The notes beneath the pieces are model-generated. The model worked only from the letters and a program-made list of their open reading frames with translations. It was not told the origin of the DNA and did no database searches. A stretch of 62,644 nucleotides of DNA, counting the filler, from Choristocarpus tenellus KU-1152 (taxonomy: Eukaryota > Protista > Phaeophyceae), in assembly GCA_964200185.2 (NCBI GenBank). It is 11 parts of 11 records of this genome, joined end to end, with 100 filler letters (N's around TTAATTAATTAA, not from the genome) between each part and the next. Parts side by side here need not be neighbours in the genome. Positions count along the whole stretch, not along the records: positions 24,992 to 29,114 come from CAXNAD020016100.1; positions 29,215 to 33,981 come from CAXNAD020013139.1; positions 34,082 to 39,236 come from CAXNAD020011683.1; 8 more parts are not named here. One strand, written 5' to 3'. Below, piece after piece: positions 24,992 to 37,400 of this stretch. The first letter of the stretch is position 1. Each line of letters begins with the position of its first letter. The position numbers and the translations under genes were made by a program.

Positions 24992-27900
24992 CGCCTAGGG
25001 GGTGTAACTGTGCCATCCACGGGTGGGGCACAATGAGTGCGATGGTGCCCTGAGGATGTATCTTCACGTGCAAGCACTTAAGCACCTGGCGCAAGTGTGT
25101 GTTGGTTGCCTCTTCGTCGTTGAGGAGTCTTGGCTTGGCGGCAATGGATACTATGGCGCATTGCGGAAGGTGAACTCTTTCAAGGCTGTCTAAGGGTACC
25201 GTAGGGTCGAGAGGGCGAAGGTCGTGTAGTGCAGTGTTCTCACTCCTGCTTGGACATCATGACACACGACACAGTAGACAGACAGCACGACAAGAAGGAC
25301 TGTATTGTAAGCTATGATGCAGGCAATCTTATCATTAAGTGAGGTCCTGCCTGACAATACTTCCACGGCATCCCCAAAATGTCAAGCCGTATCCTCCACA
25401 ACGCCAGACCCATCAGATACATCTCGTGTAAGGAGGGTAGGCGTCAAAACACTAAGTTCCATGGCCCATGGAAACCTCCAAAAAAACGACACATTTAAGG
25501 CACAAAGGACAAGCAATCCACATGAGTGCCAAAGTATCTTAGAGGGTAGAGCTGTGTCCATTTGGGACCAAAATCCGATGTTGTGATTTCGATGTAATTT
25601 TGGCTATCGTGTTTGTTAAGAAGTGTCAATATCCTTGTTCCGGACATAACTTTTCTTAACGTATACATTGTACCTACTTCGAAATATTTTGTAGTACTAA
25701 AATGTCATAAAAAATTTGAGATAAGCCAAGCCCCAAATGGACAAACACGGCAAACCTTGTACCCTCTAAGATACTTTCACTCATGATGTACAAGCAACCA
25801 AGACCTACGTGCAAACCAACGCGAAAACAAACATGCAGAGACGACTTGTATGTCCGTATAATGTGCAACCATGCCGAGACCTACATGCACTTCTCCATGT
25901 CGGCCGTTTCGCTGCGTGAGGGGGGACGTAAAAGGCTTTGCCTCGTGGGTGACCCGCCCGTGCTCCTTGCGTGAGCCTTACCCTTGCCCTTACCCTTACC
26001 CTTACCCTTGCCCCTACCCCATCCCCAGCCCCTGCCCCTGCCCCTGCCCCTACCCTGACCCGCCGCTTCGTTCCCCACCGATCCAGACCCTTCACTGTCC
26101 TCCTGTGCCATGGGGCAATTGATATATAATCGATCCTTGTGCCTCTCGTCGCCTACAATCTCCACATAGGCACATTCGCCCATATGCGTGATGGAGCACT
26201 TTAGGCATGAATACCTGTCGCGCGTGTCATTGAACCAGAGACAGGAAGGTATTTTTCCATATCATTAATTGGGCGCAACAACGCAACGCGAGGATCCACG
26301 GTTACGAAGGACCACGAAATTGGCGGCGCAAAACAGCACGAAGTAGTACAGGTGAGATACAACAGTCGGTGATGTACATACATTAACACACAATCGGACT
26401 GTGGCAAATAAAGATACTTGGGGGTAGCGACCGCAGCGCCACACACATAGGGACCCCGCAACATACCACCAGTTCAATGGCATGCGCCGCTGAAAAGATA
26501 CAACGCATCTATCCGTTCGAGGGATTGGATGGAATCAATCTTACACCATTAATTACCCTCCATCCTCATGTGCACCGTTACAACTACATTACTCATCGCG
26601 ACGTAGGTGGAGGATTGCATTCAGTACAGCAAACGCCCGCGTTCCACCCTCCATGGCCGTTTTGTTCTTCTTCCGCACCAGGAACACTGCCAACAGAACC
26701 CATCTCGCCCGTATCCTCCATATCTGGCAGTCCGTTCCCTCCCTCGTCTTCGTCCCCTCCTTTGTGTTCGTCCCCTCCCTCGTCTCTATCCCCTCCTCGG
26801 TGTTCGCGCCCTCCCTCGTCTTCTTTCTCACGGCCATCTGATGCCGATCCGTTCTTGCTCTCAACTTCTGCGCCGCCACCATCACAGCCCCGCCTGCTGT
26901 GAACCTGGTGGAGGTTGGCCTGGTTGAGTACATCCTGGTATTTCCCATCCCAGGTGGTGAGGTAAGCGCGTAGAGTCGAGTCCTTCTGGAAAATCTGGTG
27001 GTGGATACGGTGGATGACGTTGTTGAGGAGAGGAGGGGACGATGGTGAGTCAAAAATGGGAGAGTGTAATGGAAATACGATAGCATGTCAATCGAACAGA
27101 GCAAATGATACGGTTGACGTGGTGAACGTGTTCAATGGAGGCGGCTTGCGGGGTGAAATAGTTTGAAAGAAGTACATGTCGAGAACGCCAGTCTGTATGT
27201 TGGTTTTTCAGTGACGCGTGTTGGAGGCAGAAACGAGGTGGAGATTGACCAAAAGCGTTGTCTACAGTTGAAGGAAAGGATTGGCTATTCCCGCTATTAG
27301 CAACGAAAGACTAGAACTGACGAAACAGAAACGTTTGTTGAAGGGAATGCAACTCTGTCGCTCATGATTATGACGAAGACCCACCACCAATCCTACGAAG
27401 CATCAACTATTTTTTTTTGTACAAGCCATTTCAGCTGTAATTACGAACACAGGAGGTACTCTCACGGCTCTGATCCGTTGCAGAGGTTTCATTCCGACTA
27501 CTGTGGAGATGTTTGCCCTCAGTTGGCGGACGGGCCATGCCTGTTGATCGCCAGATGAAACCTTCTGCAGAAGTTGGACCACCTCCAAGTTGGGCCACCT
27601 CCCCTCTTCCTCTCCTCGTAGTGGGGCTTGACCCAGAGGTCGTGCATACTGCACTTCTCGTATGTGAGCCAGTCCATTTCCCTGGCAGCCCATGCATCAT
27701 TCACGTAACGTTCGGAATTCAGAGCGGTTTTGCAACCGTCAATAAGTGCGGTGCAGAAATAGACGCTGACAGTATATTTTACAATTGAGGGGCACATGGC
27801 GACGTATGGGTGCACAGGAGATACGGAAAAGGCAAAAAATGATCACCGCTGCAACTGCACCATTTATCAACCTTTGGAGCTCTGGTGTCCACTTCTCCTT

Positions 27901-28200
27901 GGGCACAATCTGCCTGGTGCGCGAGACAACAATCTCAGAGATGTGCGCGTCCGATTCGATGTCCTTGTGGTCCCTCGCCGTAGGAACCTTCCCATAGACT
28001 TGCTGACTCGCACAAGGCCACGCTCACTTAAAGGACGCACCCCATCTCCGTGCATGTGATGTTGCCGAGTTTCATCTTGTACGTGCCGAGGTAGTGATGC
28101 TCTAGGAGCGAGGACATGCCCTTCAGATTGCTGTCCCACATTCTCGATCCGTGTGCAGCGCCATCGGAGGGCGGGTGGGTTGTTGTTGAGGGAATGCTGG
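24992..28200 (-). pseudogene. Degenerate multi-exon gene of unknown family
   Basis: Exon-like open blocks near 24992-25245, 25300-25475, 25870-26200 (GR/GK repeat), 26595-27040 (acidic repeats), 27465-27720 and 27870-28140. In-frame TGA/TAG and apparent frameshifts are present. Confidence 0.45.
25526..25782 (-). mobile_element. MITE family A copy 2, 4-bp TSD ATGA
   Basis: Full TIRs; ATGA on both flanks. Confidence 0.92.
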
Positions 28201-28544
28201 ACATGGCGAAGATTGAGAGGATGTGATGGGGATGGATAAGTAAGAGGTCCGGGTGGTATGTACGGAAGGGAATGAATTCAAATGAGGACCGAGGGATGGG
28301 AGGTGCTGCTTCATTTCATCTGATCTGTTGGTCCTCAAAACTCAGATTTCACAACTTTTATGAGAATTGTGTTACAAAAAGTACGAATATCAAACAGCAT
28401 ATGAGTTCATATTGAAATGGAACAGAGAGTAGCTGTTTTTTTGTGACCATTTCGTTTCGTTCGTTTCAAACGTACTGCATCAATGAAGGATGTGGTTTGT
28501 ATCTGTATTTGTTGATGTAAAGATTAGAATATCATTCTAATATC

Positions 28545-29090
28545 GTAAAAACCCTAACGCACGTGTTTTGGGTGTTCAACGGTAAACGTGATCCGGCCGG
28601 ATCTTTAATACAATAGATCCGTTTTTATGCTGTCTCTAGTGTTTTTAAGAATAATACTAAAGACGCCAAGAAGCGGATTTAGTATTTAATTAAATTGTGG
28701 GTACCGGTTGGAAGTGTCCTTTTCGTTTCTGAAAATTGGAAACGTGTGAGACCCATAAAGTGCGTTCTTGGTATTTTCAAAACTTGTAAGAACGGTGATT
28801 ACTGGATTTACTATTTCTAAAAATCCTAATGCACGTGTTTAGGGTGTTCACGAGAAAAACTGATCCGGTCGGATCAGTTTTACTCAAAGAACCACTTTCT
28901 GTCGCCTTTACAATTTACGGGAATCCAAATGTCCAATTTGGTAAGATTTTATACTTCAAATATGTAGAGGGTGCAAGTTGTTTTTTGACGTTTTGGTTAC
29001 TGAACATTGGAAACATATAAGATCAATGAAGTATGTGCTTTGTATTTTAAACAATTTGTAAGTACGGATATAATCGGATTTACAACTTCC
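28545..29090. repeat. Two diverged ~270-bp direct repeats containing palindromes
   Basis: AAAACCCTAACGCACGTGTTTTGGGTGTTC...GATCCGGCCGGATC...TTGGAAAC...TTGTAAG.ACGG occurs twice (from ~28547 and ~28819). Confidence 0.8.
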
Positions 29091-29489
29091 GACCCAAAGT
29101 ATCTGGGAGGGGGGNNNNNNNNNNNNNNNNNNNNNNNNNNNNNNNNNNNNNNNNNNNNTTAATTAATTAANNNNNNNNNNNNNNNNNNNNNNNNNNNNNN
29201 NNNNNNNNNNNNNNTCCTCAATAGTACGCTCCATCCTCAATTATTAAAATCCACTGTTCAACGATGGAGACGATGATGGGGTGGATGAGACTAAGGTTCA
29301 GCCAATGCCAGAGGGAACTTCGATTGCTCAGCATTGAAAATGGTGACAACAACTACACCCTTCCCCCCACTGCTCAAGATTAGGTGGTAATCGTCAAGAT
29401 ACTTCTGTAAGAGCTGCTGTTTTTCATATGTCCAATTTTTTATGACTTGTCTGTCTGTTTCCATAGAGACTACTCTTGTGATGCGTGCG

Positions 29490-30990
29490 AGTGATGATCC
29501 TATTTGAGTGTTAGCGGATGAGATCCCCCCAGAACCCAAGACTGTAAGAGCAGCACGTAGCTCTCCCGAATGTGATTTATGGGATCGGGCTAGAGCAGAA
29601 GATATGTCTGATTTCTTGCTGAATAATGTTTGGGTGGAGGCCGTATTACCCCCTGGACGCAGGGCAATAGACACTAAATGGTTTCACAAGCGTAAGACAA
29701 ACAAATTTGGTGAGGTAGTGAGATACAAGGCACGTTTGGTAGCAAAACGTTTTTGACAGATTGAGGGTTTAGATTACCAAGATACCTTTGCTCCAACACT
29801 GTCGCCTGCGTCTTTGGAAATTGTTTTAGCATTAGCTGCAGACAAGGATTGGGAACTGAAGCATTGGGATGTGAAGTAAGCTTTTATCCAGGCAGACATT
29901 AATGAATATATTCTTGTGCATTTTTGTGATGGATGTGGTATATGACCAGGAAGGATTTACGTTTAGTGAAAGCCCTTTATGGCACCAAACAGGCTAGCAG
30001 GGAGTTTAACAATCTGTGTGGTTTTGAGCAATGCAGAGTAGATTCCTGCGTGTTACGCTATGTAGGAGATGGCGTTGTTTGTGCTGTGATAGCCCCCCAC
30101 GTTGACGATCTTTTGGTAGCTGGTATTAATGATGTTTTTTATTTGGGTTCGCTCCAAGACTAAGGAGCAGTTTTCTATTGAAGATTTCATTGACCTTGAG
30201 TATTATATGGGTTGTGAGATTTCGCGTGACAGAATTGCACAGACTGTCACCATCAGTCAGAATAGGTACATTAAGAGTATTTGTCAAATATTTGGTATGG
30301 ATGGGGCAAAGAAGAGGGCGGTACCCCATCATCTCTCAAGGACGTTTTGGACAAGAGTGAGGATCATCCAAGTGTTGATGAAATATACCATACAGAGAGG
30401 CAGTTCGTAGTCTGATGTGGGCATCTGTTATGACCAGGCTGGACATTGCAAATGCAGTTCGTAAGGTTGCCAAGTATAGTAGTAACCCCAAAGTCACACA
30501 TTGGTGTGCAGATTAGTGTATTTTAGCATATTTGAATACGTGTCCCAGTGTCGGATTGAGTTTTGTTGGTTTTGATACTGAGTGTGAGTTGAGTGCATAT
30601 GCTGATGCTAGTTATGGTGGAGACTGGAATGATCGTAGATCAGTGGCTGAAGGAGCAATAATGTTTGCAGGAGGAGCAATATCTTGGATGTCAAAGGTAC
30701 AAAGAGTTGTAGCTCTGTCTTCCACGGAGAGTGAGTATATAGCCCTTAGCAGTGTGGCAAAGGAATTGATTTCCTTGGGAAGAGTTTTTGAATTTATTCA
30801 GTCACAGTTTCCCAGGCGTTGCATCGACATGTTTGAGGATAACGATGGTGCATGTAAACTAGTACTAAATGCCAAAAGCTCTACTAGAACAAAACACATT
30901 GATGTCTGACACCATTTGCTGAGGGGCTTAGCTAGAAAATGGGGGATTCGTGTTGTTTTTGTTGGTACTACGAATCAGAGGCTGATATAT
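29490..30990 (+). mobile_element. Ty1/Copia pol remnant (RT + RNase H)
   Basis: EPKTVRAARSSPECDLW, KWFHKRKTNKFGEVVRYKARLVAK, WDVK*AF, KALYGTKQASREF, HVDDLL, YADASYGGD..DRRS, ALSSTESEYIAL, RTKHIDV*HH. Stops and frameshifts present. Confidence 0.95.
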
Positions 30991-31449
30991 TCCAACGAGA
31001 AAGGCATGGAGTACACCAAATTGGATAGGGTGTACAAGACATTTAAGTCTCACAGGAGGCCTGCACCTTCAGAATACCTCATTTGACTTGGTATGGATTG
31101 CCTGGTTGATAGGCCTGGGCCCCATGAGTGAGCCTTAGTCAGCAGCTGACAACATCGCATATATCGGAAATAATGGAAAGAGAATGGAGAGATAACAACG
31201 CCCATGTTCTGGGGGTGAAGATGGCCTCTTCTGGCGTCAAAATCACCCTAAAATGCGCGGTTCATGTGCGCCGCGTGGCACCCCTAAGCGAACCGTGCGC
31301 GCGGACTACTCGATTTAAGTATGGTTCTGTATTTATGATTACTGTAAGTTGACCAACCGACACCCATCAAATAGGTTAATCATGCTGATGCGATTACCAC
31401 AAACGAATTTTCATGAAAAAAATTGTTGTTGATCAAAAGCTATGGCACG

Positions 31450-32380
31450 ACAAAGTTGATGCAGGATGCGACTCCCAAGACTGTACCAGCCAACGCCTGA
31501 AAATATAATGTTTCGGAAGGTCCTTGAAGAATTCTCGGTCAAAATTCTACACAACGAGCATCAACCGTTTCAGGGGATGCAGGACCGTACCGACTAGAAT
31601 GCAAAGTGATTGCAACTTGCCATGAAGAGAACAGAAGTGACAAAGCTTCTTCTCCAGAACTTGTGATCGTCAGACCAGTCGGGATTTGCAAAGTAGAAAA
31701 TCTAAAACGATTCCCTTCTATCTTGGTTGTGGGTACAAGACATCGCTACTCTGTTCAACAGGTCTTACGTGATCGACGCTGTTTCCCTGGACTTGAAACT
31801 TCAACAGATCCTGAAGCCGTTCAGGAGGCACAGTGTTTGTTCTCGCACACTCGTCCACATTGTGCACACAACGAATGCTGGAACAGCATCTCCGAACTGA
31901 GCCTGTGAAATGGCCACATCACAAGTAGTGGAACTAGGAGGCGGGACAGGATCGTTCTGAAAAGGACCCAACGAGTGTTATGGTCGCCCGAGCTGACACA
32001 GTGCTCAAAGGTTGACGACAGGGTTCCTGTACGAACATGACGATCTGTGGGGGAAGAAGGAGAGGAACCTCGTCTACGATCGGCAATTGTTACATTGTTA
32101 GATGACGAGGACGAGTGATTGGACGAATCGGAATCATGGTTTGTTGAGGATCCCATGTCCTACTGACTCGTGCTCGGGAACCTGATCTTCTGCGTTTCTT
32201 GATCCTCCAGTTGTTGAGTCAGACGCTCTTGCTCACGACGGTTTCGCCTCAATCTTGCGTTCGGTATCTTCAGTCAGCCGTCAAATAAAATTACCCGTCG
32301 CCCTATCTCTGAACTCACCGGTGTCACCAATATGAATCGTGTGATTCTGTGGCGGTAACAACACAAGTAGCCCTATCTCT
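31450..32380 (-). mobile_element. Probable 5' end of an LTR retrotransposon (PBS plus degraded gag-like ORF)
   Basis: On the minus strand ...TTCA-TAT-TGGTGACACCGGTGAGTTC (32329-32311) looks like a tRNA 3'-end primer binding site. It is followed by a Ser-rich, frameshifted ORF. Confidence 0.45.
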
Positions 32381-32399
32381 AGACAGGTCATGCATTTTA

Positions 32400-32675
32400 A
32401 GGTGGAGTCACTAGGGAGATGGGCGAGGAGGGGTTTGTAAGATTCCTGGGATGATTCCCTAGCTCCTTACCCTGGGGTGGAGGAATAGGTTTGAGACACA
32501 GGAAGGCTGTAGTACAACATAGATATTTAGTAGTAAAATAGAAAATAGATAAATGTTATTCGCTTTTGTGACAACTGTTACTTCCTTAGGGATTTTTCAG
32601 ACATGTGGATAGTTTTCATTAGTTTTTCCCCTGGCACGTCTGGAAAATGTCAGAGGGCACAGTAATGTAATACAA
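32400..32675 (+). repeat. Repeat family C (SINE/LINE 3'-end-like)
   Basis: Ends ...CCCCTGGCACGTCTGGAAAATGTCAGAGGGCACAGTAATGTAAT. Related copies lie at ~16700-16830(+), ~18925-19120(+) and 33458-33730(-). Confidence 0.7.
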
Positions 32676-33457
32676 TACAGTAGTAGTAGTATGGTGGTAG
32701 ATACGGTGGTATAGTACAATTTGATATTGTTGAACAGAGGAAAAGATTGATGTACATTTTTTTTAGTGTTGATGGTGTAATGCTACAGGCGCCCCTCAGA
32801 ACTCACCTCCACAGGACATGCAACTCAAATCCACCGACCTTAAAACGACGCTACGAGGGGGGTCCACAGATGATAACCACGTATGGTGTCAGCTTGATGC
32901 TTAGCTCAGTCAATGTCTTGCTTTTCGCTTTATCAAAAGAGGTAACATCGAAAAGGAACTGAGGGTGTGGTAGTCCACATCAGCCTTTTATTAACATCAT
33001 TCACCATTTTTCTACAGCCAAAGAGTTAAATGAAGTCTGCAAACTGCTAAGTAGATACTTCAATCATAAATCTTTATTCTGCAACCTTCAGGAATTGACA
33101 TCTATTCTGTAAGATTATGTTTGTATTTCAAATCTTACGCTGCATCTTCTATCAATTCAAAGTTCCTCCTACATGAATGCTTACGTATGTATACTGTTCG
33201 CACATTTTGGCACGCAGAAAGAAATGCTCGCGCTATTTATCTGTAACAGTAAAATGTACCAAGTCACGCTTCATTTGTTCGTAACCTCGAAAAGGGAAAT
33301 TTTTCGTCATACTTACGGGAATATTCTTTTGGACATGGGGACTGCAACTGTACTCCCCTGGCAAACAGTGTGCCAGTAGAAGAAGGGAAACAAGTGAAAA
33401 GAACAAACAGTACAGAAAAAAGAACCCAAAACTGGGGAGTTGAACACCTTGTAGATG

Positions 33458-33730
33458 CATTTATTATTATGCCCTCTGACATTTTGTAGATGTGTCAGGG
33501 AAAAAAACAATGAAAGCTATTCACATGTGCAAAACAATCCCTAAAAAAGCAGTTGTCATAAATGTGAAAGACGTTAATCTATTTACTATTGTTCTACCAT
33601 CTCTATGCTGCACCACTGCCTTCCTGTACCTTCAACCTAGCTTAGTCCTGTATGTAGGGGTAAGGACCTAGGGAAATATCCCAATAATCTAACAAGACCC
33701 TCCTTGTCCATCTCCCTGGTGTCTCCAGCT
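33458..33730 (-). repeat. Repeat family C, inverted copy
   Basis: Reverse complement of 32400-32675, with a (TAA)n-like tail. Confidence 0.7.
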
Positions 33731-34084
33731 TGTGTCACAGGCGATATTTCTTGATGGCGATTTCATACACCATTATGACATTGAAGTTCTAGATTTTATA
33801 TATTTGTACTTCTTGATTATTTATTTATTATTTGGTCATTATGGTCTCCGATTGTGATAAGACATGATTGATCAGTTCCTTTCTTATACGATGATAATGA
33901 TGATAATCCAAGTGAGAGATCCAGCATACTTGACGACTCGTGCATCAGGAGTCCTATACGTACATCAGTATCATCAATAAGNNNNNNNNNNNNNNNNNNN
34001 NNNNNNNNNNNNNNNNNNNNNNNNNTTAATTAATTAANNNNNNNNNNNNNNNNNNNNNNNNNNNNNNNNNNNNNNNNNNNNGGT

Positions 34085-34140
<56 letters not shown>

Positions 34141-34452
34141 GCCCAGGTTGTCCATTTAGGGCTTGATGGGGTGTTGTAGAACATCCTAGTTTGATGCCTG
34201 CTTACGGGTGATTTCATTTAGATCTGGGCAAGGCAGGAGGATAGAGAAGGAAAGACCGTTCAGACAAAGGAACTTGCCGTTACATCTGACTCATTCACTC
34301 AAATGACTTGAAAGTCACTACAAGGTTACAAGCCCCTGAATGGATGCTTGACCCCTCCCACTAGGATACTATGAACTTTATCACAGTGGTATGCAGTCAC
34401 ATCAAACCCCAAACTCATCATATTCCTTCACCTTCCGCGCCTGGTACTAAAG

Positions 34453-37400
34453 GTAGGACACCCCTTATGGTAGCCTGTGCAGCTGGCAATGCCGACATTG
34501 TCCGCTTGCTTGCTACAGAAGCCACACCACCAGCCAATCTTGGTGCCCGAGCTGTAGAGGGCTGGACCCCCCTCATGATCGCGTGTGGAGCTGGTGCACT
34601 AGAGGTGGTGAAGATACTTATTGCAGCTGGGGCTGGGCTGGCGGATACTGACACAACATTTGGATCTACACCTCTCATGTGGGCATGTGGAGGAGGGCAT
34701 CACAAAGTTGTCAGGTGAGCATCCTGGTGTTCACCAAGGAATGTGTGGGTATAAATGGGGGGGGCGGGACTGTAGGGTCACCTCATGAGAGATTGCACAG
34801 ACATTGTCACCAGTATATAAGATCACTATATATATATATATATATATATCATCAGTATTCAATTGCTTCTGTGTGCTGACTGCACGATACCTCCGAGAGG
34901 GTGCAGACCACAATAAGCAACAGCCCTGAAACATCAATGACATGCTTTATCAACAGCTCAAAGCTTGGCAGGTCATCAACATACAATTGTGGAATGAGTT
35001 CTCCTTGTGACATCATAATTGATCCTCTAGTTAAAGAAGTCACACACCCTCCTGCCCATCGCCATTGCCATATACTGTTGTACCATATGCCTGCAGGGTC
35101 GAAGTGTTGAAAAAAATGGAGATCAATTCAAGTTCATGCTTTCGATTTCACAAGGTTTTGCTATAGGAGAAGAAATGGATTGTTTCCTTGTGCTTGTGGG
35201 CAAGGAAGACAAAGCTCCTGTGTGGTATCCTTTGATGAGAACAAAGCAGTGATTCGAAGTATTTTTGTTGTATATATCCTTGACAAAGCTCTAAAACAAG
35301 ATTCGTGCGTGTTAACTTTCAATGCCCCACCAACACACTGTCACTACACACTGGTGTTGGAAGGTAGCAATACAAGGACCCCTTGCACAGCTCATTCTAT
35401 TTTGCGCCATAACTGATACCAAAGAACAATGCTAACCTTGGATGTTACAATTGTGCAAGGTGGAGGTGCTGGCCATTCAATATAATTAGTAGTGAGTGAA
35501 AGTATGTTAGGGTTAGGGTATGTTTTTTGCCCTGTTTGTCCGTTTAGGGCTTGGCTTCCCACGTTTTCTTAAATGACATTTTACCTACTCTGAAATGTTT
35601 TGGAGTAGGTGAAATGTACACGTTATGAAAAGGCGCGTCTGGTACAAGAATATTGACACTTGCTAACAAACACGATAGCCAAAATTACATCAAAATCGCG
35701 ACAATGGTTTTGGACCCCCAAACGGACGCGATTGTACCCTCTAAGATACTTTGACTCAGTCATTGTTGTTTGAAAGGGTGGTGGTATATCCTTTGCCTAA
35801 TAGAAAGGGAAGGTGTCGAGAGAAAGCACTTTTGGGAAAGGTTTTGCTGGTGAATCAATTTCATCCTCTGGCTGTAGCATGCCAATGCACTTCCCCCTGT
35901 CGAGTATACCAAGATTATGTAAACCTTGATCATCAGGTACAATGACCCGTAGCATCCTAGAGTGTGTGTCAAGTGTGAGTGAACGTATCTTAGGGTTAGG
36001 GTGCGAGTATTGCCCTGTTTGTCCATTTGGGGCATGCCTTCCCATGGGTTTTTTAAAGACATTTTTCTACTCTAAACTGTTTTGGAGCAGGTAAAATGTA
36101 TTCGTTATGAAAAGGTGTGTCCGAACAAGGACATTGACACTTCCTAACAAATACGATAGCCAAAATTACATCAAAATCGCAACATTGGATTTTGGCCCCA
36201 ATGAACGCAACTCTGCCCTCTAAGATACTTTGGGTCTGTCCATTCAGGGCCTGTGTGAGCCTGTAGTGATTTTCGTTTCGTCTGAGTGTACGTATCTTAT
36301 TAAGAGAGGGTGCGAGTTTCGCCCTGTTTGTCCATTTGGGGCTTGGCTTCCCATGTCTTTTCTAATGACATTTTCCTACTCCAAAATATTTCGGAGCAGG
36401 CAGAATATATACGTTATGAAATATTGTGTCCAGAATATGGATATTGACAACTTCCTAGCAAACATGATAGCCAAAATTACACCAAAATTACACCAAAATT
36501 ACACCAAAATCGCAAAATTGGATTCTAGCCCCCAAATGGATGCGGCTCTACCCTCTAAGATACTTTGACTCTAATTATTTTCTTATTTAGTCCCTAGCAA
36601 GTACAGGCACTCTCTATATCTCATTCAGTACTAGAAAGAGATTGATTCTCTCCCTTGGCTCAACCCCAACAAAAAAAAATCTTCACGTCATGAGCACAAC
36701 CAGCCCACCGTCAGGACATGCTTGACTCAACGCATGCCAAGATTTAAAGGAGTAGGGGGGGGGGGATTCATGGCAAAGGTTACTATTCTTTCAGCGTCAA
36801 GAAAATGGGCTCTTTCTATTGGTGCACAATGTTTTCATTCTCAATCTTTTTCATTTCTATTTTATATAAGAGACGGGCGTTTATTCTACCAATTGTATAA
36901 TTTGTACAAAAGTATTTAATAGGGTTAGGGAGTTTTGCCCTGTTTGTCCATTTGGGGCTTGGCTTCCCACAGGGTTTTTTAAAATGAAATTTTACCTAAT
37001 CTGAAATATTTCGGAGTATGTAAAATGTGTATGTTATGAAAGAGCATGTCCGGGACAAGGATATCTGACACTTCCCAACAAACACGTTAGCCAAAATCAA
37101 ATAAAAATTACATCAAAATACATCAAAAAACGCAACATTGGATTTTGACCCTCAAACGGACGCAGCTTTACCCTCTAAGATACTTTGAGTGAAAGTACCT
37201 TAGGGGGTACGAGTTTTTCCCTGTTTGTCCATTTGGGGCTTGGCTTCCCAAGGGTTTTTTATGACATTTTACCTGCTCCAAAATGTTTCGGAATAGGTTA
37301 AAGGTATACCTTATTAAAGGTGTGTCCGAAACATAGATATTGACATCTCCAGACAAACACGATAGCAAAAATTACATCAAAATTGCAACATTGGATTTTG

